From the NCBI GenBank assembly GCA_017399025.1, contig JAFQEK010000034.1:4107-68106 (forward strand): a DNA stretch of 64,000 bases, read 5' to 3'. The translations under genes and the position numbers were made by a program. Below the pieces are notes generated by a model. That model did no database searches. It saw only the letters and a program-made list of their open reading frames with translations, and was not told the origin of the DNA. This DNA comes from Clostridia bacterium. Its GTDB lineage: Bacteria > Bacillota > Clostridia > Oscillospirales > CAG-272. Below are positions 47,737 through 58,975 of the stretch, piece after piece (the first letter of the stretch is position 1; every line of letters starts with the position of its first letter).

Positions 47737-48540
47737 TTAAATTTTCATCATTTTCTTTTCTTTTGCGCGTTCCTTTTTGATAGATCTCACGTTTGTGAAA
47801 AGCAAAATCAGAAGCACGATCACAAAAAGAATCGTCGAAAGCGCATTGATTTCCGGACTGACGCGCTTTTTAACCATGGAGTAGATGGTGATGGAAAGAG
47901 TCTGAACATTGCCTGCCGTGAAATAACTGATAACGAAATCGTCCAAAGAATATGTAAATGCCATCAAAAAGCCGGTAATGATACCGGGCATGATCTCCGG
48001 AAGAACCACCTTCATAAAAGCTTTGGGAGGTGTACAGCCAAGATCCAGCGCCGCTTCATATAAGCTTCCGTTCATCTGGCGGAGCTTCGGCAAAATTGAA
48101 AGAAATACAGATGGTACGCAAAAAGAGATATGTGAAATAATCAAAGACACAAAACCACCCGACATTCTCGCAAACGAGAATAAAAGCATAAGCGAAATAC
48201 CCATAACGATTTCAGGACTGAGCAAGGGTAAGTTCGTTACGTTCTTGATCGCGCCTTTCAGTGCTTTGTTTTTCATGGAAAAGACTCCGATCGCAGCGCC
48301 TGCGCCAAGTACGGTTGCCGCAACGGAAGCCAACGCAGCAACAATCAACGTATTTTTCAAGGAATCCAGAATCAATTCGTTGGAAAAAAGCTCTTTATAC
48401 CATTTCAGGGAAAATCCCGTCCAGGAATAACCCTTCGTTGAGTTAAAGGAAAAAACAATCAGAACAAAGATTGGTAAATAGAGAAATAGGAGCATGAGCG
48501 CCATATAAACGCCCGAAAGTTTTTTTCTGCCGTTCGTCAT
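47737..48540 (-). CDS. potC: Spermidine/putrescine ABC permease
   Basis: FLYLP..SFN, EAALDLG, SLDDF. Confidence 0.93.
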   Translation of the reverse strand: MTNGRKKLSGVYMALMLLFLYLPIFVLIVFSFNSTKGYSWTGFSLKWYKELFSNELILDSLKNTLIVAALASVAATVLGAGAAIGVFSMKNKALKGAIKNVTNLPLLSPEIVMGISLMLLFSFARMSGGFVSLIISHISFCVPSVFLSILPKLRQMNGSLYEAALDLGCTPPKAFMKVVLPEIMPGIITGFLMAFTYSLDDFVISYFTAGNVQTLSITIYSMVKKRVSPEINALSTILFVIVLLILLFTNVRSIKKERAKEKKMMKI

Positions 48541-49355
48541 ACCAAAGCCTCCTCTGCATCTTCATCGCTGAAATGATTGAAAATCGCCATTGTAACCAAA
48601 ACAACAACCATCAAAAGAAGAGATGTTGCGGAACCACAGTTCAGATCATAGGAATTTCCAAGAAACTGTGTTTCAATCAGGTCGCCGATCAGATAATTAT
48701 TCACACCGCCGAGCATACCGCTGATAACGAATGTGCTGACTGCGGGAACAAAAACCATCGTCGTACCGGAAACAATACCCGGCATGCTGAGAGGAAGAAT
48801 GACACGGTAAAGAGTAGAAAAGAAGCCTGCGCCCAGATCGCTCGCCGCTTCCAGAACACTCTTATCAATTTTTGTCATAACGGAATACAAGGGGAGAATC
48901 ATAAAGGGAATATAGTTATATACCATACCTAACACCACCGCGCCGGAGGTATTGATCAATTTAACAGAAGAAAGACCGATTCCTGTCAGAAGCGTATTGA
49001 CTACGCCGTTGTCTTCCAAAATCGCCTGCCATGCATAGGTGCGGAGAAGAAAGTTCATCCACATCGGAAGCATAATCAGCATGGACATCATCTTCTGACG
49101 TTCAAAGCTGAGTCTGGACATCGCAAACGCAAAGGGATATGCCAATACCAAACAAAGCACCGTTGCAATGGCAGCCAGAGAAATACTCTTTACCAGAGCG
49201 GGAATATATTTTACCGCCTGTTCCATATTAGAAACGGTAAAACTGCCTTCCGCATCGGTAAACGCAAAATAACCGATCAGAAACAGAGGGATAATCGTAA
49301 AGAGAATCATCCATATGATATACGGATATGAGGTCCATTTCGCATTGAGTTTCAA
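48537..49355 (-). CDS. potB: Spermidine/putrescine ABC permease
   Basis: [21 protein letters not shown]. Confidence 0.93.
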   Translation of the reverse strand: MKLNAKWTSYPYIIWMILFTIIPLFLIGYFAFTDAEGSFTVSNMEQAVKYIPALVKSISLAAIATVLCLVLAYPFAFAMSRLSFERQKMMSMLIMLPMWMNFLLRTYAWQAILEDNGVVNTLLTGIGLSSVKLINTSGAVVLGMVYNYIPFMILPLYSVMTKIDKSVLEAASDLGAGFFSTLYRVILPLSMPGIVSGTTMVFVPAVSTFVISGMLGGVNNYLIGDLIETQFLGNSYDLNCGSATSLLLMVVVLVTMAIFNHFSDEDAEEALV

Positions 49356-50419
49356 TCCTTTTCACCTCCGTAAGGCACACTGCGGTGCATGATGTGAATA
49401 TCCTCAGGTGTAATTTTTAAGCCGACCGTTGCACCTGCAGGGGTGAAATCCGTGGACTGTACACGCCATACAGTACCGTTGCAATCAACGTGCATTTCAT
49501 AATGAACACCCTTGAAAACAACCTGTTTCACAGTTCCGCAGAGAAATTCGCTTGTCGCGGGCGCAATATCCACGTCTTCGGGACGGACAACGATATCCAC
49601 AGGTTCATCCTTGGCAAAACCGCCATCGACACATACATAATTTCTTCCTGCGAATTCGACAAGGAAATCCTTATGCATAATACCCGGAATGATATTGCTC
49701 TCTCCGATAAAGCTTGCCGTAAATGCATTGGCTGGCTCGTTATAGATATCCTGGGGAGTACCGATCTGTTGGATGCGGCCTTCGTTCATAACGACAACCG
49801 TATCGCTCATGGTCAAAGCTTCCTCCTGATCGTGTGTAACATAGACGAAAGTAATACCCAGGCTCTGCTGAATTTTTTTCAGTTCAATCTGCATCTCCTT
49901 GCGGAGCTTCAAGTCCAAAGCGCCGAGCGGTTCATCCAGAAGCAATACATTCGGACGGTTCACGAGCGCACGCGCAATGGCAACGCGCTGCTGCTGACCG
50001 CCGGAAAGCAAATCCACACGGCGACTTTCAAAACCGGAAAGGTTCACAAGCGCGAGCATTTCTCTTACACGCTGAACAATCTCTTTTTCGGGTGTTTTCA
50101 CCAAGCGGAGACCAAACGCAACATTTTCAAAAACATCAAGGTGAGGAAACAGAGCGTATTTCTGAAAAACCGTATTGACTTTACGTTTATACGGCGGTAC
50201 ATCGTTGATCTTTTTTCCAAGGAAAAGCACATCTCCCGAATCGGGCGTAACAAAACCGCCAATGATACGCAGAGTTGTTGTTTTTCCACAGCCGGACGGA
50301 CCCAACAGGGTTATAAATTCCTTTTCGTGAATGTCAAGGTCAATGCCTTTCAAAATCTGATCGCCATCAAAGCTTTTCGCGATCTTCTTCAATTCGAATA
50401 CTTTTTTGTTCTGGTTCAT
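49352..50419 (-). CDS. potA: Spermidine/putrescine ABC ATPase
   Basis: [28 protein letters not shown] domain. Confidence 0.95.
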   Translation of the reverse strand: MNQNKKVFELKKIAKSFDGDQILKGIDLDIHEKEFITLLGPSGCGKTTTLRIIGGFVTPDSGDVLFLGKKINDVPPYKRKVNTVFQKYALFPHLDVFENVAFGLRLVKTPEKEIVQRVREMLALVNLSGFESRRVDLLSGGQQQRVAIARALVNRPNVLLLDEPLGALDLKLRKEMQIELKKIQQSLGITFVYVTHDQEEALTMSDTVVVMNEGRIQQIGTPQDIYNEPANAFTASFIGESNIIPGIMHKDFLVEFAGRNYVCVDGGFAKDEPVDIVVRPEDVDIAPATSEFLCGTVKQVVFKGVHYEMHVDCNGTVWRVQSTDFTPAGATVGLKITPEDIHIMHRSVPYGGEKD

Positions 50420-50753
50420 TTTTTAGTCCTTCCCTGTACAAAATGAAAAGCGAATATTCGCGAAGCATCCGAATACTCCGCGCGCTTTTTGAATTCGTGC
50501 GCCACCCGCCCTTGCCCAAGGGACCGACTACGCACAGGACGATGAAAACCCGTCAAGCCTAATCGCGGATCATAGCCGCTTTCCTTTATTCCGCAAAACG
50601 CATGTTTCGATCATCTGAATTTTCGAAAAACAAACATCCGCAGATTAAAAAATGCACGAAAAAAATTTTTCCGTGCATTGAAAAGTGCCGTGAACAATAT
50701 CAAAAAATCATTTTGAAAAGAACCTTCGGGAAAGGTCCCAAATCCACGATTGC

Positions 50754-50782
50754 ATTATAACAGATATTCTTATAAATTGCAA
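50754..50782 (-). promoter_or_regulatory. sigmaA promoter of potABCD
   Basis: TTGCAA-N17-TATAAT with TG extension. Confidence 0.75.
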
Positions 50783-50919
50783 TATTTTTTTTGAAATTTC
50801 AATCAAAAATCTTTGAATTTCTTGTTTTTTTCAAGAAAATACTGCAAAAAAGCATATTTTGAACCGATTGCTTTATTTCTTTTGAAAAATCTCCCAATTT
50901 CTTTGTCCGATCATTTCCC

Positions 50920-53337
50920 TTATCTTCTTCCTTTTGCCTTCGTGATTCTCAGAAAAGCAACGGTCATATCATCCATCCGAACGGAAAAATCCGAAGAATA
51001 TGTCAGAACCTTATCCGCCAACGCTTCCAGATCATCGGTCCATTCCCGTACGATCAAATCCGAAAAACGTTCGGCATCCTCTCCGTCGGGCACATCGGAA
51101 TCGGACACAATACCGTCCGAGCAAAGAATAATCACATCACCGTCACAAAGCTCAAAATCCGTATGTTCTGCTGAAACCTGAGGCAAAATTCCGATTGGAA
51201 AACTTCCCGCTGAAATCTTATAAAGATGACCGTCTCGCATAATGAAAGAAGGAATTGCACCGCTTTTCAGAAAAGATGCCACACCGAACACCAGATCTAT
51301 TTCACAAATATCCACCGTAGCAAAGCACTCTGTATTGCGGGAACAAAGCAAATTGTTCAGCATTTCCAATGTGGTTGATTTCGGGTTTCCGCACACAAGC
51401 ATTTTTTCCAGGAAAACACGGCAAAGCTTGGAAGTCAAAGCTGCTTCCTCTCCGCTTCCCATACCATCGCACAAAAAGCAATAAAAATAGTCATCTCCGC
51501 TTGTAGCGCAGGCAATACTGTCACCGCACACGATCTCTCCCTTTTTAGGAGCTTGCTTCATAACTGCTTCCACCTCGTACAAAGGCAAGGTTTCCAATGT
51601 AAACGCACTTTTTCCTTCTTCCAAAACAAATTGCGGATTCCCGAAGCGTATAGCACATACGTTTTCACAAATCAAACGGATATCTTTGGAATGAAGTTCT
51701 GTTTTTGCAATTGCATCGCCCGTAACAATAACTGTTTTTTTCCGATCTCCGCAAACCAAAACATGCTCCGCGCGCAGTCCAGCCCGATAAAATGCTTTCC
51801 GAAGCCGATCGGAAAGTGCCCTGTCAGCAGGAATTTTCATTTTTCCCCGTACAGCAATATCCGCAAAAATTTCAGACATGATTCCGTAATCCAAAGCGAA
51901 CACTTTCGTCTTATCGTCGCGAATGGCATCCTCGATCATTCCCGCAGACAACGCATTCATTTCCAACGCCAGCTCTTCCAAATGCGGACAGCGTATGCGT
52001 GTGATTTCATACAGACGTTCCCGATCCATCTTCATCCCCGAAATCAATCCGGAAGCAAGCTTTGCAGATATTTTATCCGATTCAAGTTCCGAAATACCTT
52101 TACAGGTATTTTCGTTCGGACAATCCCTGCAATAAGCTTCCCAGATCGCAAGACTGTTTTCCGTCAGTTTTTCGGGACACGGTCGACGAAAACGTTCGGA
52201 TAAACCCTGCACCATACAGGAAAGAGAATCCATCGCTTTTGAAAGACCGAGCATCCGTTTTTCCATCTCCGTTTCACGCTGTTTTGTCCATAAAACAGCC
52301 GCCGTATTTTCTTTTTCGGGCATAAAAGAAAATTCGGGAAAACGATCTCTCGGCAAAAGCCTGAGCATGGCAAACAATGTAACAATCAGTGTTACAGAGG
52401 AAAGTTCCGGTAAAATTTCCATCATAGAATCCGCAGTCCCGAAATACAAAACACTGCAAACCGTAACCAAAAGCGCCCCCATGCCTCCAAACAACACATA
52501 AGAATCCGCAAAAATTCCCGCTACCAGTCCCGCCAAAGCAAATACTGGTCCGAAAAATCCGCCGCTGACCGTTCCGCAGATCAATCCGATAAAAGCACTT
52601 CTGGTCGGCACACCCAAAAATCCCGCATACAGCGTAACTGCAAAAGAAACGGCAAGTCCAACAGAAAAACTGCCGATGGCAAACGGTGCGCATCCGAACG
52701 CAACAGAAAAACAAAGTGCACCGAATCCCGCTTCAAAAACAGGACTGTGCCGATATTCTTCATCAAAAAAGAAACTGAACAGCAATGTAAATGCAACCGA
52801 AATTCCTGTAAAAATCACTGCGCGCAACATTCCGTAAGGCGTTACACCGACATAAATCGCTTCAACCAAAGAAATGCCGAAAACAAAAACCGCGCATAAC
52901 AGCATTTTCATGGAAACCGTATCGGGAAGGTAGCCCAAACGGGAAATATTGCGTTTTCCAAATATAATGACATTCAAAACCAAACGGCAAGCAAGAAGAG
53001 ATATTGTGCAAATAATGGGTAAAAGCAAATTCTCACCTTTTGAATACAAATAAACCGTCCGGACAAGAATGCCGAGCATGGCAGCGACCGTATTCTTCGG
53101 AAGCGCTGCAATCAGCGCACATCCCAAAGGATATGTATTCATAGGAATTTCGGTACCGCTGAATACAAAACCAAACAAAAAAGCAATTCCTGCCGAAAGA
53201 ATCGTTCCGAACTGAGTTTTCTTTTGGAATGGTTTTTCGCTTTCCTGTGCAGGAGGAACAGACCGTTCCGTAATCACCTGCATTTCTTTTTTGACGGTAG
53301 CTTGCGTATTTTTTTCTTCTAATTTTTCGTCTGTCAT
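50920..53337 (-). CDS. spoIIE: Stage II sporulation protein E (PP2C phosphatase)
   Basis: About 10 TMs, then CGDS, CDGMGSG, FATVD, CSDG, DDMTV. ATG 53337 follows AAGGAG. Confidence 0.9.
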   Translation of the reverse strand: MTDEKLEEKNTQATVKKEMQVITERSVPPAQESEKPFQKKTQFGTILSAGIAFLFGFVFSGTEIPMNTYPLGCALIAALPKNTVAAMLGILVRTVYLYSKGENLLLPIICTISLLACRLVLNVIIFGKRNISRLGYLPDTVSMKMLLCAVFVFGISLVEAIYVGVTPYGMLRAVIFTGISVAFTLLFSFFFDEEYRHSPVFEAGFGALCFSVAFGCAPFAIGSFSVGLAVSFAVTLYAGFLGVPTRSAFIGLICGTVSGGFFGPVFALAGLVAGIFADSYVLFGGMGALLVTVCSVLYFGTADSMMEILPELSSVTLIVTLFAMLRLLPRDRFPEFSFMPEKENTAAVLWTKQRETEMEKRMLGLSKAMDSLSCMVQGLSERFRRPCPEKLTENSLAIWEAYCRDCPNENTCKGISELESDKISAKLASGLISGMKMDRERLYEITRIRCPHLEELALEMNALSAGMIEDAIRDDKTKVFALDYGIMSEIFADIAVRGKMKIPADRALSDRLRKAFYRAGLRAEHVLVCGDRKKTVIVTGDAIAKTELHSKDIRLICENVCAIRFGNPQFVLEEGKSAFTLETLPLYEVEAVMKQAPKKGEIVCGDSIACATSGDDYFYCFLCDGMGSGEEAALTSKLCRVFLEKMLVCGNPKSTTLEMLNNLLCSRNTECFATVDICEIDLVFGVASFLKSGAIPSFIMRDGHLYKISAGSFPIGILPQVSAEHTDFELCDGDVIILCSDGIVSDSDVPDGEDAERFSDLIVREWTDDLEALADKVLTYSSDFSVRMDDMTVAFLRITKAKGRR

Positions 53338-53557
53338 TTTTAATCTCCTTTCCTTTACCATAACCGTATATATACAGCATACAGGAAAAGAGATGAAAAG
53401 TATGTCATTTCCGCTTGTCGTATTCGATAAGTTTTTGCATCTGTACAAAAGAAAATGCAAATTTTTATCCGATATCCTAAAAATTTCTTTGATTTTAGCA
53501 AAAGCTCGATTTCCTTTTCGGGAAACCGAGCCTCTGAGAAAGCTATGGAATTTTACA

Positions 53558-55612
53558 TCAAATCACATAATGATTTTCAACAAAATATTCATCAATAGCC
53601 GAATACAACAATTTTTCCGCCCCTGTAATGGTCGTATTTTTGACTTGCGCGCCCGCAGAGTCAAAATGTCCGCCGCCTCCCAATTTTTCCAGAATCAACT
53701 GTACATTGATTTTTCCCTGAGAACGTGCGGAAATATGTACGCTGTCTCCGATCCGGCAAAGCGCAAAACTCGCTTTGACTCCCGACACATTCAAAAGACG
53801 GTCTGCCGCTCGGGAAGCATTGACTCTGGCAATTGGAGGATTATCTTCATTGCGGTTGACCGCAAGCGCAATGGAAGCTTTATGAATGGTAACATTGGTT
53901 TCAAAGCTTGCTTCCGAGCGGAAGTCTTCCAATTCCATATTGAAGAACGCTTTCGCATCGAGGGGATTTGCGCCTTCCCCGCGCAAATACATCGCGGAAG
54001 AAAATGTTCTTGTACCGGTATTGTGCGTGAAATTCTTGGTATCCAGAAAAATGCCCGCCAAAAGAAAATCCGCTTCGATTTTAGGCAATGTTTTCAAAGG
54101 TATGATTTGTTCCAAAAATTCGCAAAGCAATTCCGATGCTGAACTTGCGGAAGGTTCGATATAAGAAATTTTGGGTTGAATCTTAAACTCCGCAGTCTTT
54201 CTGTGATGGTCGATCACCACGATATCACTGACTGTATTCACAACGTCAGGTGCTTCGCAATAATCAATATTATTTACATCCACAACAACTGCAAGCGTTC
54301 CGCTGCGAATCAGATCCTGCGCTTCCGTTTTATCCACAAATACGTTTTCATACTCCGGATTTCCCGAAATTTTCCGGAAGCAGGGCGCCAGTGCTTTCGT
54401 GGTTTTATCACAAACGATAAACGCTTTTACACCGCAAAATTTCGCCAGACGCAAAATTGCAATACAGGAAGCAAAAGCATCGAAATCAGGATATTTATGT
54501 CCCATAACGATCACATTGTCCGCAGAGGAAATCAAAGCAAGCAATTCATTGGCAATCACACGGGCACGAACCTTATCCTGTTTCTGAACGGTTTTGGTTT
54601 TGCCGCCGTAAAAATCGAATTTGCCCGGACTTTTGACAACCACCTGGTCGCCACCCCTTTGAAGTGCCATGTCCAGAGCCGATTGTGTTGCGCGTTCTTT
54701 TTCGTATAAACTGCCCTTGATCTTCGCAATACCCATAGAAAGCGTTACGGGAAGAGCCGTTGCTCCCACTCGGATTTCGCGAACTTCATCCAAGACAGAA
54801 AATCTGTCCTTCTCAAATGTAGCAAGATGTTCCGCTTCAAAAACAAGCAGAAATTTATTGTGTCCATAATTGCGCACAATGCCGCCAACCTTTTCCATAG
54901 AACGGCGCAGAATATTTTCCACATCCCTTGTCGTATCAGAATAAAGTTCCTGAACATACTGTGTCAATTCATCAAGGTTATCAATCATCGCATATGCGAT
55001 AATCGGATCTTCATTCATCAAACGTTGATTCAGATTTTTGATTTCCGTAACGTCTTCAAAAATAATGGTATAATAGATCTTATTTTTAGAAGAGGACTGA
55101 TAGCTTCTTGCGCAAAAAACGATATCGTTTTGCTCATCCGCAATGCCGCTATCCGGAAGAAAAGAAACCTCCATTCCTTCCTCACCCTTTTGTATAATCG
55201 CTTCGATCGTCGCATTGCAAATCGCATCGATATATTTTCCGCATAGAACCCCATGCGATTTATATCCGGCAAGCAATATTTCATTATACCAGATAATCTT
55301 TCCTTTTTCATCGCAAATCAAAACAGGCATATGAAGACTTTGAACAAAACCGAATGAAATCGTTCCGAATACTGATGTCTTGATATCCGCGAGATTGCCT
55401 TTTGTCATCCGGTTACGAATAATGGAAATGACGGCAACCCAAAGCAAGAAAAACAGATAGATCCCCAATGCACCGTATATAATCTTTGCGGGGGAAATTT
55501 CCGTTTCCATCATCAATATTGCAGAAATTCCCAACACAATCACGGCAAATGCCGCACAAACAATGGTTGCGACCGGTACACGCCGTTTTGTTTTTTTATA
55601 ATTTTCAGGCAT
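53558..55612 (-). CDS. gdpP: Cyclic-di-AMP phosphodiesterase
   Basis: 2 TMs, PAS, degenerate GGDEF (RGGDQ), GHKYPDFD, IDHHR, GGGGHF. ATG 55612. Confidence 0.93.
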   Translation of the reverse strand: MPENYKKTKRRVPVATIVCAAFAVIVLGISAILMMETEISPAKIIYGALGIYLFFLLWVAVISIIRNRMTKGNLADIKTSVFGTISFGFVQSLHMPVLICDEKGKIIWYNEILLAGYKSHGVLCGKYIDAICNATIEAIIQKGEEGMEVSFLPDSGIADEQNDIVFCARSYQSSSKNKIYYTIIFEDVTEIKNLNQRLMNEDPIIAYAMIDNLDELTQYVQELYSDTTRDVENILRRSMEKVGGIVRNYGHNKFLLVFEAEHLATFEKDRFSVLDEVREIRVGATALPVTLSMGIAKIKGSLYEKERATQSALDMALQRGGDQVVVKSPGKFDFYGGKTKTVQKQDKVRARVIANELLALISSADNVIVMGHKYPDFDAFASCIAILRLAKFCGVKAFIVCDKTTKALAPCFRKISGNPEYENVFVDKTEAQDLIRSGTLAVVVDVNNIDYCEAPDVVNTVSDIVVIDHHRKTAEFKIQPKISYIEPSASSASELLCEFLEQIIPLKTLPKIEADFLLAGIFLDTKNFTHNTGTRTFSSAMYLRGEGANPLDAKAFFNMELEDFRSEASFETNVTIHKASIALAVNRNEDNPPIARVNASRAADRLLNVSGVKASFALCRIGDSVHISARSQGKINVQLILEKLGGGGHFDSAGAQVKNTTITGAEKLLYSAIDEYFVENHYVI

Positions 55613-55655
55613 GACAATTCCTTTCCGATTGAATATTTTTATTGTGCGGAAGACT

Positions 55656-56741
55656 TTATTGTTTTTCCTTGAAGCGAGGACCTCCCGATTCCATCGAACG
55701 GGAAAGAGAGACATCCTGCGCTCCCATAAACGTCAGCATAAATATGCCGAATGTCAGAACCGCATCCGGAATGAAAAAGCAACCTGCACCTAAAAGTATG
55801 AGAACAAAAACCGTTCTTCTGCGCAGCTGCGGATGCTTTAACCTCAATTTCAGACTGCGGAATCCGCAGGCAATCATGACAGGCATAAGTGCAATCCAGA
55901 AGTTGGTAATGATAATGGCAAATGAAGATGTTGAAGTAAAAAATGAAGTAATAATATAAACCGTTGTAATCAAAATATAGATCACACAAGAAATCTGCGT
56001 GGGGTACAAATACCAATGTGCTTCCGGCAAAACCGCATCATAACGCATGAGACGGACCGTTTTTTCAAAAGAAACCGTACCGATATATCCCATCACCTGC
56101 ACAAGGAAAACAAAGATACCCGGTAAAATCAATTGCAACCAATCCACATAAGCCATCATCGAATGCAGGCTTACTTCCAGAAGTTTTTCCTTTGTAATGT
56201 CATATTTTGCGTAATTGGCAAGTATCTCTTCGGGAAGAGAATCCACCGATTGTCTGATAATTTCAGAAAAAGAAGTCTTTATCGAATCAAAGAATGCATT
56301 AAGTTTGGAAAACAATGCAGAGATTTCCAAAGAATTTCCCTCCGCGGCATAAAGTACAGCCATTACAATCAGATAACCTGCCGTAACAATAAAGCTTACC
56401 AAAATCACGGCGGACGTTTTTGTGCTCTTTTTCCGAATCGCAAAAGTAAGCAACAGCGCGCCTCCGATGATCACAACACCAAACAGTGAGAGCATAAGAG
56501 AGCCTTTGCTTGTAAAAAAGATAATTGCCAATAAAGCTGCCGCATCCAAAACGAATACCGCTTTTTCACAAGTCATGTAAATCACGGAAAGGATGCCGAT
56601 CAGCGACATAAAAAGCACATGTCCGATGATATGCGTTCCGTATTCAATATCCGTTGCAGATAAAACAGCAACCACGCAAAGCATTACCGTCAAACCCAAC
56701 GCACGCAGATCGAACTTGTTTTTCATTTGTTTTTTATCCAT
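55656..56741 (-). CDS. YybS/DUF2232-like membrane protein
   Basis: Polytopic, in the conserved position upstream of gdpP. Confidence 0.7.
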   Translation of the reverse strand: MDKKQMKNKFDLRALGLTVMLCVVAVLSATDIEYGTHIIGHVLFMSLIGILSVIYMTCEKAVFVLDAAALLAIIFFTSKGSLMLSLFGVVIIGGALLLTFAIRKKSTKTSAVILVSFIVTAGYLIVMAVLYAAEGNSLEISALFSKLNAFFDSIKTSFSEIIRQSVDSLPEEILANYAKYDITKEKLLEVSLHSMMAYVDWLQLILPGIFVFLVQVMGYIGTVSFEKTVRLMRYDAVLPEAHWYLYPTQISCVIYILITTVYIITSFFTSTSSFAIIITNFWIALMPVMIACGFRSLKLRLKHPQLRRRTVFVLILLGAGCFFIPDAVLTFGIFMLTFMGAQDVSLSRSMESGGPRFKEKQ

Positions 56742-56762
56742 AAAAATATCCTTACTAAATGA

Positions 56763-57722
56763 TTAATCCTCTTCTTTGGGAGCAAACATCTGCTCCATCA
56801 TTCTTTGATTGAATTCTTCGGCAGTATTGTAACCCATCTTTCTCTGACGGTTATTCATTGCCGCAATTTCCAGAATAATAGCAAGATTTCGTCCCGGACG
56901 AACGGGAATGGTTGTCGTAGGCACATCAATTCCCAAAATATTTGTTGTTTCCTGTGTCAATCCGATACGGTCATATATTTTATTCTTATCCCAAGGCTCG
57001 AATTTTATAATCATATCCACTTTTTCACTTGCTTTGACAGAACCCATACCGAAAATACGGCGGACATCCACAATACCGATACCGCGAAGCTCAACAAAAT
57101 AGCGAATGATTTCCGGAGCCGTACCGACAAGCGTTTTTGCGGAAACCTTTTTAATCTCCACCGCATCGTCCGCTATCAGTCGATGGCCGCGCTTAACAAG
57201 CTCAATTGCCGTTTCGCTTTTACCGACACCGCTTTCACCCAAAATCAAAATACCTTCGCCGTATACCTCCACAAACACACCATGTCTGGTAATGCGGGGC
57301 GCCAGATGAATATTCAAAGAAGCAATCAATGCTGCCTGGAATGCAGAGGTTGTTTCTTTTGTGCGGAGAAGCGCAATATTGTATTTTTTTACAACCGCCC
57401 ATATTTCATCAAAAACACTCAGATTGGTCGTAATGATAATCACGGGAGGACGATGAACAGCAAACTGTTCCATTCGGTAAAGTCTTTCACTCTTAGAAAG
57501 CGATGCAATATACTGATGCTCTGCATTTCCGATCAATTGAACACGGTTATGGTCAAAAAATTCAAAGAAACCCGATAATGCAAGTCCGGGTCGGTTGACC
57601 TCCGGCTGTGTAATTTTAATTTTTCTTCCTTCGGGTATGTATAAAGCTTCCAGCTTAAATTCCTCAATCAAGGTTTTCAGCGTTACACTGTATTCTCCGT
57701 TACCTGATCTGAAATCATCCAT
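56763..57722 (-). CDS. hprK: HPr kinase/phosphorylase
   Basis: NRPGL, GESGVGKSE, LIADD, PGRNLA. Confidence 0.97.
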   Translation of the reverse strand: MDDFRSGNGEYSVTLKTLIEEFKLEALYIPEGRKIKITQPEVNRPGLALSGFFEFFDHNRVQLIGNAEHQYIASLSKSERLYRMEQFAVHRPPVIIITTNLSVFDEIWAVVKKYNIALLRTKETTSAFQAALIASLNIHLAPRITRHGVFVEVYGEGILILGESGVGKSETAIELVKRGHRLIADDAVEIKKVSAKTLVGTAPEIIRYFVELRGIGIVDVRRIFGMGSVKASEKVDMIIKFEPWDKNKIYDRIGLTQETTNILGIDVPTTTIPVRPGRNLAIILEIAAMNNRQRKMGYNTAEEFNQRMMEQMFAPKEED

Positions 57723-57887
57723 AAATAAGTTCTCCTTTCAAAAATCACCTGTTAAAAACAAATAAATAAATATACACTTTATATTATAACGCAAAACGGA
57801 AATTTTTTCAATAAATATTTTCACAATTTACATAAATAATATAAATAAACCCTACTTTATTCATATTATTTGAAAGGACGATGCTTT

Positions 57888-58535
57888 TTGGCTGTTATTT
57901 TCATTCGAACCATCCTCATTTATATCCTTTTGCTTGCCGTTATGCGCATTTCAGGCAAAAGGCAAATAGGAGAAATTCAAATTTCCGAATTGGTAACTAC
58001 TTTTCTGCTCTCTGATATTGCCTCTTATCCTTTAACCAATCCTGGAATTCCGCTTCTGAATGCCGTGATTCCGATTTTCACCATCATTCCTCTTGAAATT
58101 ATTTTGTCCTTTTTAACGACAAAATGTGCACGTTTGAAAAATCTGCTTGACGGCAAACCGAGTATTGTCATTCTTCACGGAAAAATTCAAAAAAAAGAAT
58201 TGGAACGCATGCGGCTTTCCATGGATGATTTGCTGTGCGAATTACGATTAAAAAGCATTTCTTCCGTTGATGACGTGGACTATGCGATTTTAGAACAAAA
58301 CGGTCAAATCTCTGTTTTCCCGAAAAGTCAGGAACCTCTTTCCCATGCTTTGATTATTGACGGCACATTGAATACAAAGCTTTTGAAACAAATCGGAAAA
58401 AACAAACATTGGCTTCATGAAATTTTACAATCCCGAAACATTCGGGAATACAGAGATATATTCCTGCTTTCCGTAACCGACAGCGGTGATATTACACTGA
58501 TCAAACAAGAACAAACCAAAGGAGATTCCCCGTGA
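57888..58535 (+). CDS. DUF421 (YetF-like) membrane protein
   Basis: GKRQIGE, AILEQNGQISV. TTG 57888 follows AAGGA. Confidence 0.88.
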   Translation: MAVIFIRTILIYILLLAVMRISGKRQIGEIQISELVTTFLLSDIASYPLTNPGIPLLNAVIPIFTIIPLEIILSFLTTKCARLKNLLDGKPSIVILHGKIQKKELERMRLSMDDLLCELRLKSISSVDDVDYAILEQNGQISVFPKSQEPLSHALIIDGTLNTKLLKQIGKNKHWLHEILQSRNIREYRDIFLLSVTDSGDITLIKQEQTKGDSP

Positions 58536-58918
58536 AATCATTTATTTTTGCTCTGCTCATGCTTCTGTCCGTAACTGTTTTTGTTACCGTCAATGCAAAG
58601 CAAACCGTATCGCACATTGACGAAATGCTCACACTTACCGAAATTCTTCCCCAAAATAAGAAAGAGTTTGAAAACAAATCTCCTGAAGCAGAACTTACCG
58701 TCCTCAAATTAACAGAATTATGGGAACGCAATTTCCCAATGATCTCTTTTACCTCCGGATATGAAAACACCAATCGCAGTGATGAAGCAATCGGCGCACT
58801 CTCTATGTATTTCGAAAACGGAAACGGATCAGATTTTACGGTTGCACTTGCGGATTTTCGTGATTCTCTCGCCAGATTGAGAATTCTGGAAGGGTTGCAT
58901 TGGCACGGGATTTTTTAG
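58532..58918 (+). CDS. DUF4363-like protein
   Basis: N-terminal TM, GTGA overlap with the DUF421 gene (a common pairing). Confidence 0.7.
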   Translation: MKSFIFALLMLLSVTVFVTVNAKQTVSHIDEMLTLTEILPQNKKEFENKSPEAELTVLKLTELWERNFPMISFTSGYENTNRSDEAIGALSMYFENGNGSDFTVALADFRDSLARLRILEGLHWHGIF

Positions 58919-58926
58919 GAGACCAA

Positions 58927-58954
58927 ACCGCCCGGCTGGATTCCAGCCGGGCGG
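58927..58954. terminator. Hairpin between convergent genes
   Basis: ACCGCCCGGCTGGATTCCAGCCGGGCGGT. Confidence 0.75.
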
Positions 58955-58975
58955 TGCGATTCAATCATATTATTT

